64,000 nucleotides of DNA from NCBI RefSeq assembly GCF_004010195.1, contig NC_057718.1, positions 44,740,143-44,804,142 on the forward strand. The letters run 5' to 3'. The stretch is from Chiloscyllium plagiosum (lineage: Eukaryota). Below the pieces are notes generated by a model. That model did not search any database and was not told the DNA's origin. It saw only the letters and a list, made by a program, of their open reading frames with translations. Positions 1-13,087 of this stretch are shown in pieces; position 1 is the first letter of the stretch, and each line of letters begins with the position of its first letter. The position numbers and the translations under genes are program-made.

Positions 1-2800
1 ATCTATTGCATTCTGTTCCTCATGACCTTCACCATATCAGGTATAAGATACTTGGTTTACTTCTATCAGCATTCTAGATTTGCAAGTAATTCACATTAGT
101 CATGAGTAATGAAGCTTTTCAGTTTGATCACCATGTTTGATAAGCATGTCTTACTGTAAGAACATTATCTCACCAGGGCCTTTCAATTACCTATGACCCT
201 TTCTTTAATAGTATACCAAGCATCCTGAATTAAATTCTGTCTCACATAATCTTATTTGATGTCTCAATGCTTGCTAGATATTCTCTAAAACCTCAGTTTT
301 GATAAAAGCATTCAATTGTGTGGAAAAGAAAGAACTAATTGTCATACTTTCTAGTAAGGAGGACAATCCCACAGAGGACAATTTGGGATTTCAGCCATGG
401 ACTAATTGTTAGGGATTATATTCCCTCATCATGTGAAATAAATTCTTTGCACAGTCCACCCATGTCATTGCAATCTGGTTAATCAGTTAAACTTTTATGC
501 AGTATTTCATTGATCACAGCATGATTCCCATTTCAAAAGCACTACTGAAAGAACTTCCAGCTGCACTACTCATAACTCTGATGTTCATGTTTTCACCTTT
601 CTGAACTTGCCACTGGCAAATTATCAGTCAGAAACTTTGTTGATCTCCCAAACTCAGCTCCTATCTAGTTTGCCATGATTTTGCCTATATTCACCTTCTT
701 GTTCTTACCATGTGCTGCGATAAACAGACTAAATCTTGACACTGGTTCTATAAAATGTAGAATGAAAATATTTCCATCTCTATCACCTATCTTTAGATAC
801 ACAGAAACTATCTTGCTAAAGCCACGTGTAAAAGGAAGGTTTAAAATAGAGCATAGAACCAAGCTCTGACATTTTTACAGATTGTCACTAAACTGTTTCA
901 TTAGCCTGATATTCTTCATTAACCAACACAACATATTTTTAGCGAGATTTCTAACCTTTGACAAATAGGGTGAGCAAATTGTCTATATAACTTCAAATGC
1001 TTTTTTTCTCTCATTCTTATCACCTGATTACATATTGGCATCTGTCTCACACACTGATTAAAAACACAAGAAGTTTGTTAAGGGGATACAGTCATATCCT
1101 GACTGAGTGGATAACAAAATCCAAAATTCAATCTCTGTGTCAAATTTTGTCTTCAAAGAACATTCACACAACAGTACGGGTATTTCATTAGAGATTGAAT
1201 CAGTACATATAATATGGTTAATTCTAGTTGTTTTATATGTAATTCTAACTCTGTTTAGTAGCCTCAATATGTTGTCAGCATCAATTCCAAAGCAAGCAGA
1301 ACTTTTGTTTCCTTAACTTTGCATCAATCTTCATTACTTAGTGAATCAAGATAACAATTTAACCAATTCCTGTCGCATAAGGAATCACAAGCACATACTA
1401 GTATTGCAGACTTTAAAAAGTCTGTGACTAACACATTCATCGCAGGCCTAAAGCTCCTTGTGGCCAGTATAGATTAGATTACTTACAGTGTGGAAACAGG
1501 CCCTTCAGCCCAACAAGTCCACACCGATCCTCCGAAGAGCAACCCACTCAGACCCATTCCCCTACACCTAACACTATGGCAATTTAGAATGGCCAATTCA
1601 CCTAACCTGCACATTTTTGGACTGTGGTAGGAAACCGGAGCATCCGGAGGAAACCCACGCAGACATGGGGAGAATGTGCAAACTCCACACAGACAGTTGC
1701 CTGAGGCAAGAACTGAACCCAGATCTCTGGCATTGTGAGGCAGCAGTGCTAAACACCGTGCCACCATGGTGAATTTGATCAGATTCACCACTATTTTTAT
1801 CTTTTGCTGTAGGATTTCTTCCATAATGTCTTATTTATAAATCTTATCTCTTTAGCTAGTACACGACATATTGATACTTTGAATTACACAGAGAACATGG
1901 ATCAACTGTTCCTTGTTGGTATTAATTTGCCCATCTTTCTGTTCCAAATTTTTCTTCTGCTGTAATAACCAAAAATACGTGACAAGAGATTTCATCTTCC
2001 TTCTCCTTGTTCTTAATTCTTCTCCTAGATCGATCCCATGTCCAGTATCTCTAATGTTTCAAATGTAGACAGCAATTGAGTCTTCTATTTTTTTGTGTCA
2101 CAAGGAAATGTTTCATTTCTTCCATGAAAGCGGAAGAAAATGGCTGATTCCTGAGGATTTCTTTAAGTCAGTAGGCATTTGCTTCAACACTGTCTCCTGC
2201 TCTAAGAACCAAAACAATAGGAGGTATTTTAATAAAGTATAAGCATTTAAAAGCTAGTACCAATCCAGGAATTCCCAAACTGAAACTAATCAATCTCTTT
2301 TACAATTTGTGAAAGTCCATGATAATTCTTCCATGGAATATCAATCTGTCTTCCAATTCTAATAAATTCTGATTGCGCCTCATTGACATTTAAGAGATCT
2401 TCCTGCAGATTTCCCCAAAGAGCTCTAACAGAAGATTCAAACGTTCATTAGCACCTGACTGACAAGCATCCATCTCTCAAAATACATTGCAACTGATTTT
2501 ACATCTTGTTGAAAGCAACAGGACCTCATCATATCTTGTTTTCTCTTTGTTGAGGATGCAAGCTACAAATGGCCCACATATCCACTTCATTCTTCCATTG
2601 TTCATCCGGTTTAGACATCAGAAAAATCAGAGGGAATTATGTCCTGGAAATTTACACATACTTTCCGTCATTTTTAACAATGGCCGCAAGAATTTTAATT
2701 ATGTCTGATTTGTTTCTCTCTTAAACTTCTAACCTTCATCCTGAGGTAACCAAGCTACCTCTGCTACTATGTTATATTCCAGAAACTGAACTGTTATAAA
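1..2800 (-). mobile_element. Decayed L1/Tx1-like LINE (ORF1 plus 5' part of ORF2), interrupted by a SINE
   Basis: Minus-strand fragments resemble L1 motifs: '..SLGIPG' (~2265-2290, ORF1 GIPE-like), a KAPG-like stretch at ~170-185 and 'SLLMTNVNY' (SLLNxDYK-like) at ~85-115. Many stops and frameshifts. Confidence 0.5.
1470..1768 (-). mobile_element. HE1-like tRNA-derived shark SINE
   Basis: Reverse complement has a tRNA-like head (gcacggtgtttagcactgctgcctcaca...ggttcagttc), the core TGTGTGGAGTTTGCACATTCTCC and a (TAATC)n tail. It matches four other copies in the window. Confidence 0.9.
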
Positions 2801-4608
2801 CCAGACTCAATAGCTTTTTTTAACCATTCCGGTGTTAGTGTCCACTGTTCGGTCAGCTCATGATGTAAAGTTATGGGAGGCCAACTAAGATATTAGAAAA
2901 TATTTTTGGTTTAGCTTTTCAGTAGAAAAGAAACAGTATCCTCCATTTGCTGAGGGTGTATAATATTCTAGAAGGAAGGAAATCATAAATTGATAGTTAA
3001 GTCTCCTTCAAGTTGCTCATAAGCACTCACATCTTAGCATCCAATTTTAAAGCACCAGTCCTCACAAGTTGAGCTGAAGAAAGATGCATTGGGGCAATGG
3101 ATGTAAAAGGAGGGGGAACAAAAAACTATAAAAGCAAGAGGCAAGTCATTAAATAAAAAATTGAAAGCCATAATCTAAGTGTGAAGAACACAATTTGACA
3201 GTATGGTTGTAGGAGCTGTACGATTTTGGATGAGCTTTCACTGTGAAACCTGATTATGTGTAAACCAGGTGGCACTTCCCAAAATGTTTCAACATTAAAG
3301 TCTGATTAGCGCCTACTTATGTTTGAAAGATAAAAACAACTCCCCAGATTTTTCCTGTTTTGTAGTAATCATTGTTAATAATGTCTCAACTTTTCCATTT
3401 GCTGGGTAGAAAAATGCCCATTGCTTGCAGCTATATGTTTCTAATTAGCAGAATCTGTGCATACATATCACATAATGATTTATGATAAAATATTTAAAGA
3501 GAGATGTGAATGTGTTGACCCTGCTTCTTCTGGAACGTTTAATTACTTTAATGATGGTGATTAGTTCCATTGTTATTAACGTAATTAGCAAAGGCTAAAC
3601 ACATAATTGAATGATTAATATTTATTACTGTCCCTGTTGTACCAAGGATTTGGTCAAGAAAGTGTACAGAACTCTGCTTGCAAACTGATGCAACACACCA
3701 CATAAAAATGTCAAGAATAAAACAGAAAATAAAACTGATAAAGAAGTTCAAATACAATGAAGGATGCCTTAGTCGAAAGTACGGAATAAAGGATATGGTG
3801 AAGAAGTGAGTAGGTACAATGGACTGAATCTTGCAATTTTTGGCTATCAGAGTCAGTTTCATTGAGGTACTTAGAGGACTTTTTATCATGACACCTATCC
3901 ACATAGATTCAGAGTCATTCAGCACAGAAACAGACCCTTTGGTCCAACCAGTCCATGCCGAACATAATCCCAAACTAAACTAGTCCTACCTGCCTGCTCC
4001 GAGCCCATAGCTCTCCAAATCTTTCCTATTCATGGACTTATCTAAGTGTATTTTAAACTTCCACCACTTCCTCAGGAAGTTTATTCCACATGTAGACCAT
4101 CCTCGGCATAAAAGATTTGCCCCTCACGTCCTTTTTAAATTTCTCTTCTCTCACTTTATATATGTACCTCGTAGTCATGAAATCCTCCATCTGAGCGAAA
4201 AGACACCTAACCATTAACCCTACATATGCCCTTCATCATTTTATAAACCTCTATAAGGTAATCTCTCAATGTCCTATACTCCAGTGAAAAAAAAGCCCCA
4301 GCCTGTCTTTATAACTCAAAGCTTCCTTACCCAGGAACATTGTGGTAAATCTCGTCTGAACTCTTTCCAGTTTAATAACATCATTCCTATAACTGGGAAA
4401 CAGAACTGGACACAGTATTCCAGAAGAGGCTTCACCACTGTCCTGTACAACCTCAGCATGACTTCCTGACTCCGATCCTCAAAGGCCTAAGCAATGAAAG
4501 CAAGCATGCTAAATACCTTTTAAAACCACCCTCTCTATATGTGATGCAAACTTCAAAAAATCATCGACCAGAACCTCTAGGCCCCTCTGTTCTACAAGAC
4601 TGCCGAAG

Positions 4609-4722
4609 GATAAAATGAGGGCTGCAGATACTGGAAATCAGACTCAAAAAGTGCGGTGCTGGAAAAACACAGCCGGTCAGGCAGTAGCCAAGGAGCAGGA
4701 AAGTCAACATTTTAAGCATAAG
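4609..4722 (-). mobile_element. Penelope-like terminal fragment (single arm)
   Basis: Homologous to the left arms of the 7234, 28444 and 61981 elements (gagggctgcagatactggaaatcaga...gtgctggaaaaacacagc). Confidence 0.75.
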
Positions 4723-4740
4723 TGGTCTAATGGCTTAATG

Positions 4741-4813
4741 GCCTCAGTGGCCTAATGGATAGGATACTGGCTTCCGAAACCAGGGATTGTGAACTCAAGT
4801 CCCATCTATGGTG
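4741..4813 (+). pseudogene. tRNA-Arg pseudogene (Arg-CCT-type body, anticodon now reads CCG)
   Basis: gcctcagtggcctaatggataggatactggcttccgaaaccagggattgtgaactcaagtcccatctatggtg aligns end to end with vertebrate tRNA-Arg(CCT) as recalled. The T-arm/B-box and acceptor stem are mutated. Confidence 0.8.
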
Positions 4814-5129
4814 GCCTGAGCTTTGTCCCAAGGCTACTGAAAGCCCTACCAATAATTGTATAAGTCCTGCCATGTTTTACTTTACCAAAATGTAATACCT
4901 TACATTTACCCAAATTAAACTCCATCTACCATTGATTCATTTGATCAAAATCCTCTACCAACTTGCCAAATTTGCCTCATTAACTGCCCACTCTATGCTA
5001 TGGTGCTGCTCTTGGTCAAATCTATTCTCATTTTACCACATGCCATTCCCAGAGGAATATGTCAGATATCTGCCAAAACACCAGCATCCTCATCTCGCAC
5101 CATATTTAAAAGGTCTTTGTGCACCCAGA

Positions 5130-5360
5130 AGAGAACTAGTATTCAAAGCTGCCCTGCTCAGTGATGATCATAGTGCCAAGATGTTGGAGAAAGGCAAAAC
5201 AGCTGTGACTCTCCAACAAGGACCTGGTGGATCAGATAGTCCAGAGGAGGTTCATCCTGTTCCCTGGCAGCATGGTCTGAGCTGATCACCCTGGTCAGCG
5301 TGGTCTCCACAGTCCAGAGGAAGGACCAGCACTGCCACAAGATGTTCATGACCTTCCCTG
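5130..5360 (+). mobile_element. Harbinger-type Myb/SANT-like ORF remnant, within a larger decayed element (~5000-7940)
   Basis: Translates 'DLVDQIVQRRFILFP' then 'AWSELITLVSVVSTVQRKDQHCHKMF', the W..R...QC.K pattern of Harbinger Myb/SANT proteins. Confidence 0.6.
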
Positions 5361-5603
5361 CTATCTAGGATAACTGCTACACTCTTCGACCTCATACTCA
5401 CTCTATCTTTGCAGCTGCACCCATCTTTGCAAATGCTCATGCTCTGCCACTGTCTCTATTTCCTGCAACATCCTCCCACTTACCCCACTCACCCAAATTC
5501 CCACAATCACTAATCTTGCAAGATCTCAGCATTGCCTTCTCATTCACATGAGATACCTCACCATCTTTCAAATACTGTACCAGCACCAACAGCTGTGTCA
5601 CCT

Positions 5604-5857
5604 AATTCCCGCCTCAGGCGACTGACTGTGTGGAGTTTGCACGTTCTCCCCGTGTCTGCGTGGGTTTCCTCCGGGTGCTCCGGTTTCCTCCCACAGTCCA
5701 AAAGATGTGCAGGTAAGGTGAATTGGCCATGCTAAATTGCCCGTAGTGTTAGGTAAGGGGTAAATTTAGGGATATGGGTGGGTTGCGCTTCGGCGGGGCA
5801 GTGTGGACTTGTTGGGCTGAAGGATCTGTTTCCATACTGTAAGTAATCTAATCTAAT
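5604..5857 (+). mobile_element. HE1-like SINE, 5'-truncated
   Basis: Near-identical to the reverse complement of 30806-31060; tail ctgtaagtaatctaatctaat. Confidence 0.9.
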
Positions 5858-7233
5858 TTCATCTCACTCAATCCCTCCCTTCCTCTCATTCCTAGAGAAA
5901 AAAAGCCAACAATAGCCTAGAAAGGCCAGGAGGAGAAGGGGGGGATGGAGGAGTTTGTTGTGCCCACCATCAGGGTCCTTGTTAACTATGATGAGAGAAT
6001 CCATTCCTTCACAGGAGAAGACCAGGACTGTTCCTCCAGGGACACTGAGAAACCCAAGTCCTGCCAAACAAGTAAGTGCCATTCTTCCCTCCATGTCACT
6101 CTCACAGTGTCAATCATTGTACATCATGTCTAACCATTGGCCACGATACCCTTCTTTCCCTTTTTTCTTGCACGTGCTAGCTCACAGCCTCGGTTCCACA
6201 GATGGCTGAGGAAAATATGTCCCAGGCCAGTAGCACTTGGAAGACTGTCGAAGGCCAGTCAACTGCACAGCCCCAGGCAGGAGAGGGTCCTGTGATGTTG
6301 GCAATCAGAAATTTTGTCCACATGCACAGGGATAACCTGGAGCAGCACACAGGCAATTGCCCTCAAAGACCACAGACTGATGGACATCATGCATCCCTAT
6401 TCTTTCCCTAGCCATTGTGTGTAGAAATGTCGGTGTGATTGAAATGATCAGCAATGTGTGGACAGGGAGGCACAGCATATACTTCACAATCATCAGAGAT
6501 TGGGGACTCTGCATACCTGTATCCTGTATAGTGCATGAGCTTGTGTGTAATTCCTTTCCTTTCTAAAGGGCGTTATGTCAGTGGGTCTTGTGTGGCCTAA
6601 CCAGCTGGCTCCGGTCAAGTTGACTGATCCATGTATATATCCCCATGTGCTTTAGCCTCCCCAATAATTGGCCCCTATGGAGCCACAGGATTGACCCAGA
6701 CCCACTTCTCAGACTGCAGAGGGACAGACTTCTGACCAAGAAGATCCCTGACTGTGACCTGGACTCCCTTGGGCTGGTATTGGAGGCTGCCCTTGGCTAA
6801 TTCTGCCAGGATGCCCTTGGAGCCCCCTTGGACTTCAGTGAGGACTACTCCCCTCAGATTTTGAGACACAGATGCTTGCTGCTCATGCAGCTTGTTTGCC
6901 ACATAAGCTATTGGCACATGAGATGTGAGATTGATGTGGACACTGCCATACAGCAAGATGTATGACCCCTTGACTGAAGACTGTTGACCAGCAAGGCAGG
7001 CTACCTGGTTCTGTAATTGCGCTAATGGGCATGGCAACACAGGTAGGGATAGTGCAAGGGGCAGGTAGGTGCTAAGTGAGAGAGCACTAACAGAGCAAGC
7101 AAGCAGTCCTCAGATGCAGCCTGGTCCAAGCTAAGAGTTGGGTGCCTGTCCCTGTGTGCAAAGCACCTTTGCAACATCTGTTCAAAGTGAATTGCCAGTG
7201 CACCCTGCAATACAGGTTTGTGCTTCCCAAGTG

Positions 7234-7466
7234 GAGAAAGTGAGGATTGGATATGCTGGAGATCAGAGTCAAAAAATGTGGCGCTGGAAAAGAACAGCTG
7301 GTCAGGCAGCATCCAAGGAGCAGGAGAGTCGACAGTTTGAGCATAAGCCTTTCGTTAGGAATGTAAAGAATTCCTGATGAAGAGCTTCTGCTCAAAACGT
7401 CGGCCCTCCTGCTCCTCAGATGCTGCCTGACCAGCTGTGCTTTTCCAGCACCACACCTTTTGACTC
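7234..7466. mobile_element. Palindromic Penelope-like insertion with decayed hammerhead motif
   Basis: Inverted arms; 15-bp TSD tgtgcttcccaagtg at 7219-7233 and 7467-7481; CTGATGA-A-GAGC-TTCT-GCTC-AAAAC-GTC from 7374. Confidence 0.85.
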
Positions 7467-7944
7467 TGTGCTTCCCAAGTGTCATGCAATTGGATCAGAA
7501 AGATTCCATGAAGGTCCTGAGGAGATTGACATGTATCAATGCCAGCAACCTAGGGCAAGGGGTGCATGTGGCTGGTGACCTTGAATCATGCCCTGTAATG
7601 TAGTTGTGTGGTGATCAACCTCAAGGCTCTTGGCAGCCAGTGATGACCTGAAGTGGCCAGGTTCTCACTCTAGCATCAACGTCAAGAATTCTCAGCACAT
7701 AGCTTGCTTACTGTGGGAGGTAGTTTGGGAAGTTGCATATTAATGAGGTGAGGCATGTAATTAATAAAATTGTGAACAAACAATAATAAATGATAAATAA
7801 ACTAGAGAAAATCACACTTTGATGCCCAGATGTTAGTTAAAGCTGCTGCCAGTTGCCTGACATTGAGATAGGCTTCACTGGACTTCTGGCACAATTGAAC
7901 CACATTGCCTATCATCACCTGAGTCATTCTATAAAAATCCACCT

Positions 7945-8190
7945 ATGTTATTTTAATTCACTCTGGGGCTGTGGGTATCATTGACTGGGACAACATTCAA
8001 GCCTCATTGCTGTTGAGAAATGATGGTGAGTTTCCGTCTTGAAGCCCTGCAGTCCATTTGGTGTAGGTACACCACAGTGCCATGAGGGACACGGGCTCAG
8101 GAATCTGACTTGGCAACAATGAAAGAACAGTGATATATTGTCAAGTTAAGGTGGTAAGTACTTTGAAGGGGAAGTTTCAGGTGATGGTGT
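7945..8190 (-). mobile_element. 3' end of a CR1-group LINE (family of 19255-22020)
   Basis: Reverse complement matches 17400-17610 (ccaaatggactgcag...ctcacca) and 21840-22010. Confidence 0.65.
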
Positions 8191-8539
8191 ACTATAAAAG
8201 CATTGACATTTTATGATATATCCCTCTCAATAATTGTTATATTCATATCTAAGATAAACATGCATTTGTCTCATTTTACAATATCAATGACAAAATATCC
8301 TTTCAAAACAGGCAAACGTACCTCGACAAATTTAATATGTACAAGCAAAAATATAATAAGCCAGGCCTACACCACCAACATAAAACACAAAAAGAGTGAT
8401 TTTCAGCTGTGCATTTAGGCTCTAATGATCATCCAAGGTGGTCAGATGGGAATCTTGAGTAGGAATACTGATATTGATGAACCTTCAAGCAAGACACGAG
8501 GTAAAGTAATTGAAGGTGGTGCCAGAAGCAGCCAATTAA

Positions 8540-8650
8540 AAGCAAATGACTGCAGATATTAGAAATCTGAAATAAAAACAGAAAATGCTAGAGAAACTCA
8601 GCAGGCCTGGTACCATCTGTGGAGAGAGAAATAGAGTTAACATTGAGTCC
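8540..8650 (-). mobile_element. Penelope-like terminal fragment, second family
   Basis: Reverse complement matches 13915-13990 and 53960-54060 (gttaactct...gatgctgccagacctgctgag). Confidence 0.65.
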
Positions 8651-8826
8651 AAAGAGCCACCTGGCTTATTAAGTTGTTACTTGTATTTAACATACTACTG
8701 ACTCTCTTTGCTGCGATTGTACAGCATTTTGGGCCTAGCCCTTCAATTAACACCCTCCCTTCGAGCTGTTTGGTTTGAAAGATGGCAATGATGCTGATTT
8801 TCACTGCTATTTAAAGGAATACATAC

Positions 8827-8951
8827 CACTTCATTATTGTTGACGCTGTAATGAAGACATCTGGAACATATTAGGAAACTTTCTGAGATGCATTGTGAAA
8901 ACATCTCTAATATACAGGCAATACTTGTACAAGTTCTCCCAAGAACTTCAC
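8827..8951 (-). CDS. Candidate exon of an unidentified host gene
   Basis: Acceptor tccttatctctcag|G and donor GTG|gtatgt; 125 nt; only one frame open (phase 1 to 0): EVLGRTCTSIACILEMFSQCISESFLICSRCLHYSVNNNEV. Protein not recognised. Confidence 0.3.
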
Positions 8952-9601
8952 CTGAGAGATAAGGACATTTAATTGACACTTTGGTCACCAGGAAAATCAT
9001 CAGCTGATGAAATCTTGATACAGTTTCCCCCTGGTCTGGGCAAATGATGGGAGGAAGGCATTAGACCAAGCAGGGTAGTACTAACTGTTGCAGGAAAGAG
9101 GGATAGAAAGGCAAGGTGCCAAACTCTCTTCCTGTTGGTACAGGACATCACTCTACCTCTGGATCTTGTCTTATCAAGTCACATTCAATGCAGCAGCTAG
9201 AGCACTCCACAGTTTCAGTAGAATTAGATGTTAGTAGTTTGCTTATATCGCACCATGGGCATTGTCTCCAATTAGCGCTTGAGTGTTAAAACTCTAGGTA
9301 TCTAGTTTCACATCTCCAGGCAAGTTCAAATTATTGCAATCAGTAATTAGGACCAAAACTGTGTGCTATGTCCCAATTATGAAACATTACCATCACTTAG
9401 CAACTATTTCAACCTTTGGCCAATAACTACATTAGCTTATATCATGTATGACATGGTACAGAAATATGCATTGCAAACAAATATTGATCATAATGAAAAG
9501 ATCATGTGATCCGTGGTCTTTACTTATTGAGTCACAGTCATAGAGTTACACAGCAAGATAACCAGTCCTTCAGTCTAACTCATCCATGCTGACCAGATAT
9601 C

Positions 9602-10101
9602 NNNNNNNNNNNNNNNNNNNNNNNNNNNNNNNNNNNNNNNNNNNNNNNNNNNNNNNNNNNNNNNNNNNNNNNNNNNNNNNNNNNNNNNNNNNNNNNNNNN
9701 NNNNNNNNNNNNNNNNNNNNNNNNNNNNNNNNNNNNNNNNNNNNNNNNNNNNNNNNNNNNNNNNNNNNNNNNNNNNNNNNNNNNNNNNNNNNNNNNNNNN
9801 NNNNNNNNNNNNNNNNNNNNNNNNNNNNNNNNNNNNNNNNNNNNNNNNNNNNNNNNNNNNNNNNNNNNNNNNNNNNNNNNNNNNNNNNNNNNNNNNNNNN
9901 NNNNNNNNNNNNNNNNNNNNNNNNNNNNNNNNNNNNNNNNNNNNNNNNNNNNNNNNNNNNNNNNNNNNNNNNNNNNNNNNNNNNNNNNNNNNNNNNNNNN
10001 NNNNNNNNNNNNNNNNNNNNNNNNNNNNNNNNNNNNNNNNNNNNNNNNNNNNNNNNNNNNNNNNNNNNNNNNNNNNNNNNNNNNNNNNNNNNNNNNNNNN
10101 N
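9602..10101. other. Assembly gap (500 N)
   Basis: Run of N, preceded by a CR1 3' end at ~9535-9601. Confidence 1.
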
Positions 10102-13046
10102 CAAATTGGCCAATTCCTGGACAGGGCATGAGCTCACTGTCCAATTAAGGATGGGGGCGGGGGAGGGGAGGGGGAGTTGGTCTCATAGATGGAGCCAATA
10201 GAACATCTTCCAGAATGGTAGCAGCAATAGCCTGCAGTTCAATAAGAGAGAGTGAGTGTGCTTCCATTTTGACATGTCTTCTCTCCAACTTGTTTAATTT
10301 TTAAATTTGAAATGGCAGTAGCCATCTCATCATTGTAGAGAGGTCACCAGATGGGTGGAGAAAGTCTCAAATCCTGAGTGGAGCATCGTCCTCCTGATGT
10401 GTTGGTGTTGTTACCACCAGCAGCTTGAGTATAGGCTAATTGGAAAATTTTAGATATTTTTAATCAACCTGTTCAGCGATGCTATTACATATACAATTCT
10501 CTGTTAAGTCTGTCTGGATTTTATTAGACATTAAGGAGCAGGTTAAGAGGCTGAGTGCTGAAAAGTTAGGTGAGAGGGTAAGGTATGAAATATCCATTGC
10601 CTTCTTGCTGCTAATAAGCATTTTACCCACAGTGGCGATGGTGGTAGACTGTACACCCACTCATCCCGCTCTGCCCAGAGGTCAATTGAAGCCTTCAAGT
10701 GGATAATTCAGGGTCTCTTCCCACTGCCATTTGCATTTTACTATAACCAGGTGGGCATCTAACATGAGACAAAACCTGGGAATCTACTTACAGATGTGGG
10801 TTAGCAGTATGGACCACATCCTTTGGCATCATTCCACTCCCACACTCTCTACCTCTCCACTCTCTCCACCTCCCCAAGGCATGCCCAACTGTCCCCAGCC
10901 ACCTCAACTGTCCCCAGTCACAAGGCACTCTGGCTGGCTACAGTCCCAGCAGTAGATACCATTTTAGCACTGCTGGCACTAAAGAGTTGCAATACATCCA
11001 ACTGGCCAGTTCATTAAGGTGACTAACTGGCATAAAATCAGTCAGGGCTCCTGGAAATTACAAATGTCCTTAACTCTCCAGTCCATGATCGGAGTCACCA
11101 CTGCCCTGTAAAATCTCAGCCAGATGTTCTTCTGTCTCTACATTTGCTGTCACAACTGTTGAATATTTCCAAAATATGTTTATTTCCAAAATACTCATCC
11201 AGTATTTAATATATTGGTTTTTGTATCAGTTGAATTGTCTTGTGTATTTTCCATCGTCTGAATGACACCAGGGTAAAAGTATATTTACATATCTAAGCTA
11301 TTCACCCACAAACACACATTTTCTCTACTCAAGGATTCTGACAAATATATTTTGGTACAATTTTAGCTGTTTTACATGAACTTATTGCTAGTAAATTATA
11401 GTCAGTTTAACAGAAGTTAAATTCATTATTCATTTCAAGAACAATGATTAGAATTTATCACAAAAGGAAACAGACAAGATGAATCAGATCAACAAATGGC
11501 ATCTCCCACACAGGTTGAGACAAAATTGGTTAAAATCATGTTGGTAATCATTTAGCATGATACATTAGAATGGTCCATGCTAAAGTTCCGATATTTCATT
11601 GGATTTTTTTACTATAGCTGAAGGTGGTCTGAGCAGTTTTGTGATAAATTCTAATCATTGGTTAGATACTGAGCAGTATGAACACACAAACAGTAAAATT
11701 GCCCAGAGATGCAGCACTAGTATCCAAAATTCTTAAACCAGATATTTGCATCTTTTGCATTTGTGTCATGCCATATGTCAAAGATTCTAATCTTTTCAAA
11801 GGAAGGCAACTAAAACACCTCGTATAAGAAGGATAGGTAGAAAGTTTTAAGTTGCTCAATTTAACTTAGGCTAAAATGCAAACCAATAGATATAATGTGA
11901 GTTGCATAATTTATTCAAAAACAATTTGTCTTTGAATAAAAATACAAGATAATGAACACGATAGTTTCCCACATCAGTGAATAGTTCTCTTGATTTAAAT
12001 TACTTCTTTCCTAATGTCCCCTCCATTGCTGAGCCTGGCAAAATATTCCCTTGCAGCCTTCAATTTCACAAAAGCGGGAGAACTACCTGTATTATTTTTG
12101 TCTCCTCTGTCTTGCTAAGTTAGATCAGTTAAAATTTCCATTAAAATCTATCTAACCTTGTTTTTCTCTGTCCTAAGTATTATCTCATTACTTAATTATC
12201 CTGTTTATGTCAATAATGTTTCCAATATTGTCATCATTTCTACTTTCTCTACAACTGAGACTGTTTTAATGTCTCCAAAGAGGACCAGTTTGTACAGTTT
12301 GGGTAGCTGCCTTTTCCTTTCATACGTCTTTCTTAATTCTTTTCTTTCAAATTTCAAATACACATGGAAAATCATGAGTTCTGTCATAATACTGGCTACA
12401 TGGATTCTTTAAATTTGCCCTCCTGTTGCAGAGATATTACTTGTCTTACTTGGACATTTCAACTGAACTGCAGAAAGCAGATGAGTGTTTTCTTGGCCAG
12501 ATCAGGTGAAGCTTCCTGCTCACTCTAGCAGGGAGACCCGAATAAGATTCAATCAGGCTACCCTTGGCTGCAATCCGAGATTATCTATTGAATGATTATT
12601 GAAGGTAAATGTTTTTTATTTCAAAAGCAGCAGCAGCTAGTCCATGATTGGAGAATGCATTAGAAGATAGAATAAACCTATTTAATATTTCATACAAATC
12701 ATTGTTACTGAACAAATAGGGCACACTCATGCCTCAACTTATCTGAAACGGTTTTTCATTTAAGTGATGATCATTTTGCATGATTTTCTGAAAACGATTC
12801 CAAATCAGCCAGAAATGTATGATAGAGAGAATGCTATTTGCGCTATATTTGATGATATGATCAGACACATTAGAAAGTCCTAGCATCCTTGCAAATGTGT
12901 GTTTTCCTGCGCAATATTTATGCATTAGCTTAATTGGTAAAGATATTGACACACCATCATTTTTAATGATGCAAGCAAATAATTACGATTTACCTAAAGA
13001 TTACAATCATCCTCTGGAATGTTCCCTACCAGTTACAAGAACATAC

Positions 13047-13087
13047 TATTTACAATGAATACAAGGTTATCTTCAAGTAGATTTTCC
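13047..13087 (-). CDS. Candidate 41-nt exon
   Basis: gttttctgtttcaag|G...ATA|gtatgt; phase 2 to 1 reads ENLLEDNLVFIVN and bridges the phases of 16399-16482 and 8827-8951. Splice sites are weak. Confidence 0.2.

Larger units (their letters stand above)
3905..4990 (-). mobile_element. CR1/HER1-like LINE 3' fragment, split by a PLE-tRNA insertion
   Basis: 3' end 'gagtcattcagcacagaaacagaccctttggtccaacc' is shared with 14620 and 62490; 'cagaactggacacagtattccag' encodes LEYCVQF on the minus strand. Confidence 0.85.

Noticed and set aside
1483..1824. 113-aa ORF, and similar ORFs at 30724 and 55908
   Set aside because: Read-through of HE1-like SINE sequence.
4741..4813. Functional tRNA-Arg(CCG) gene
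   Set aside because: The T-arm (gtgaactcaagt) and acceptor stem are disrupted, and it lies inside a retroelement insertion.
9575..10144. Long ORFs across N runs (also 39610-40635 and 41947-42747)
   Set aside because: Artefacts of assembly gaps.
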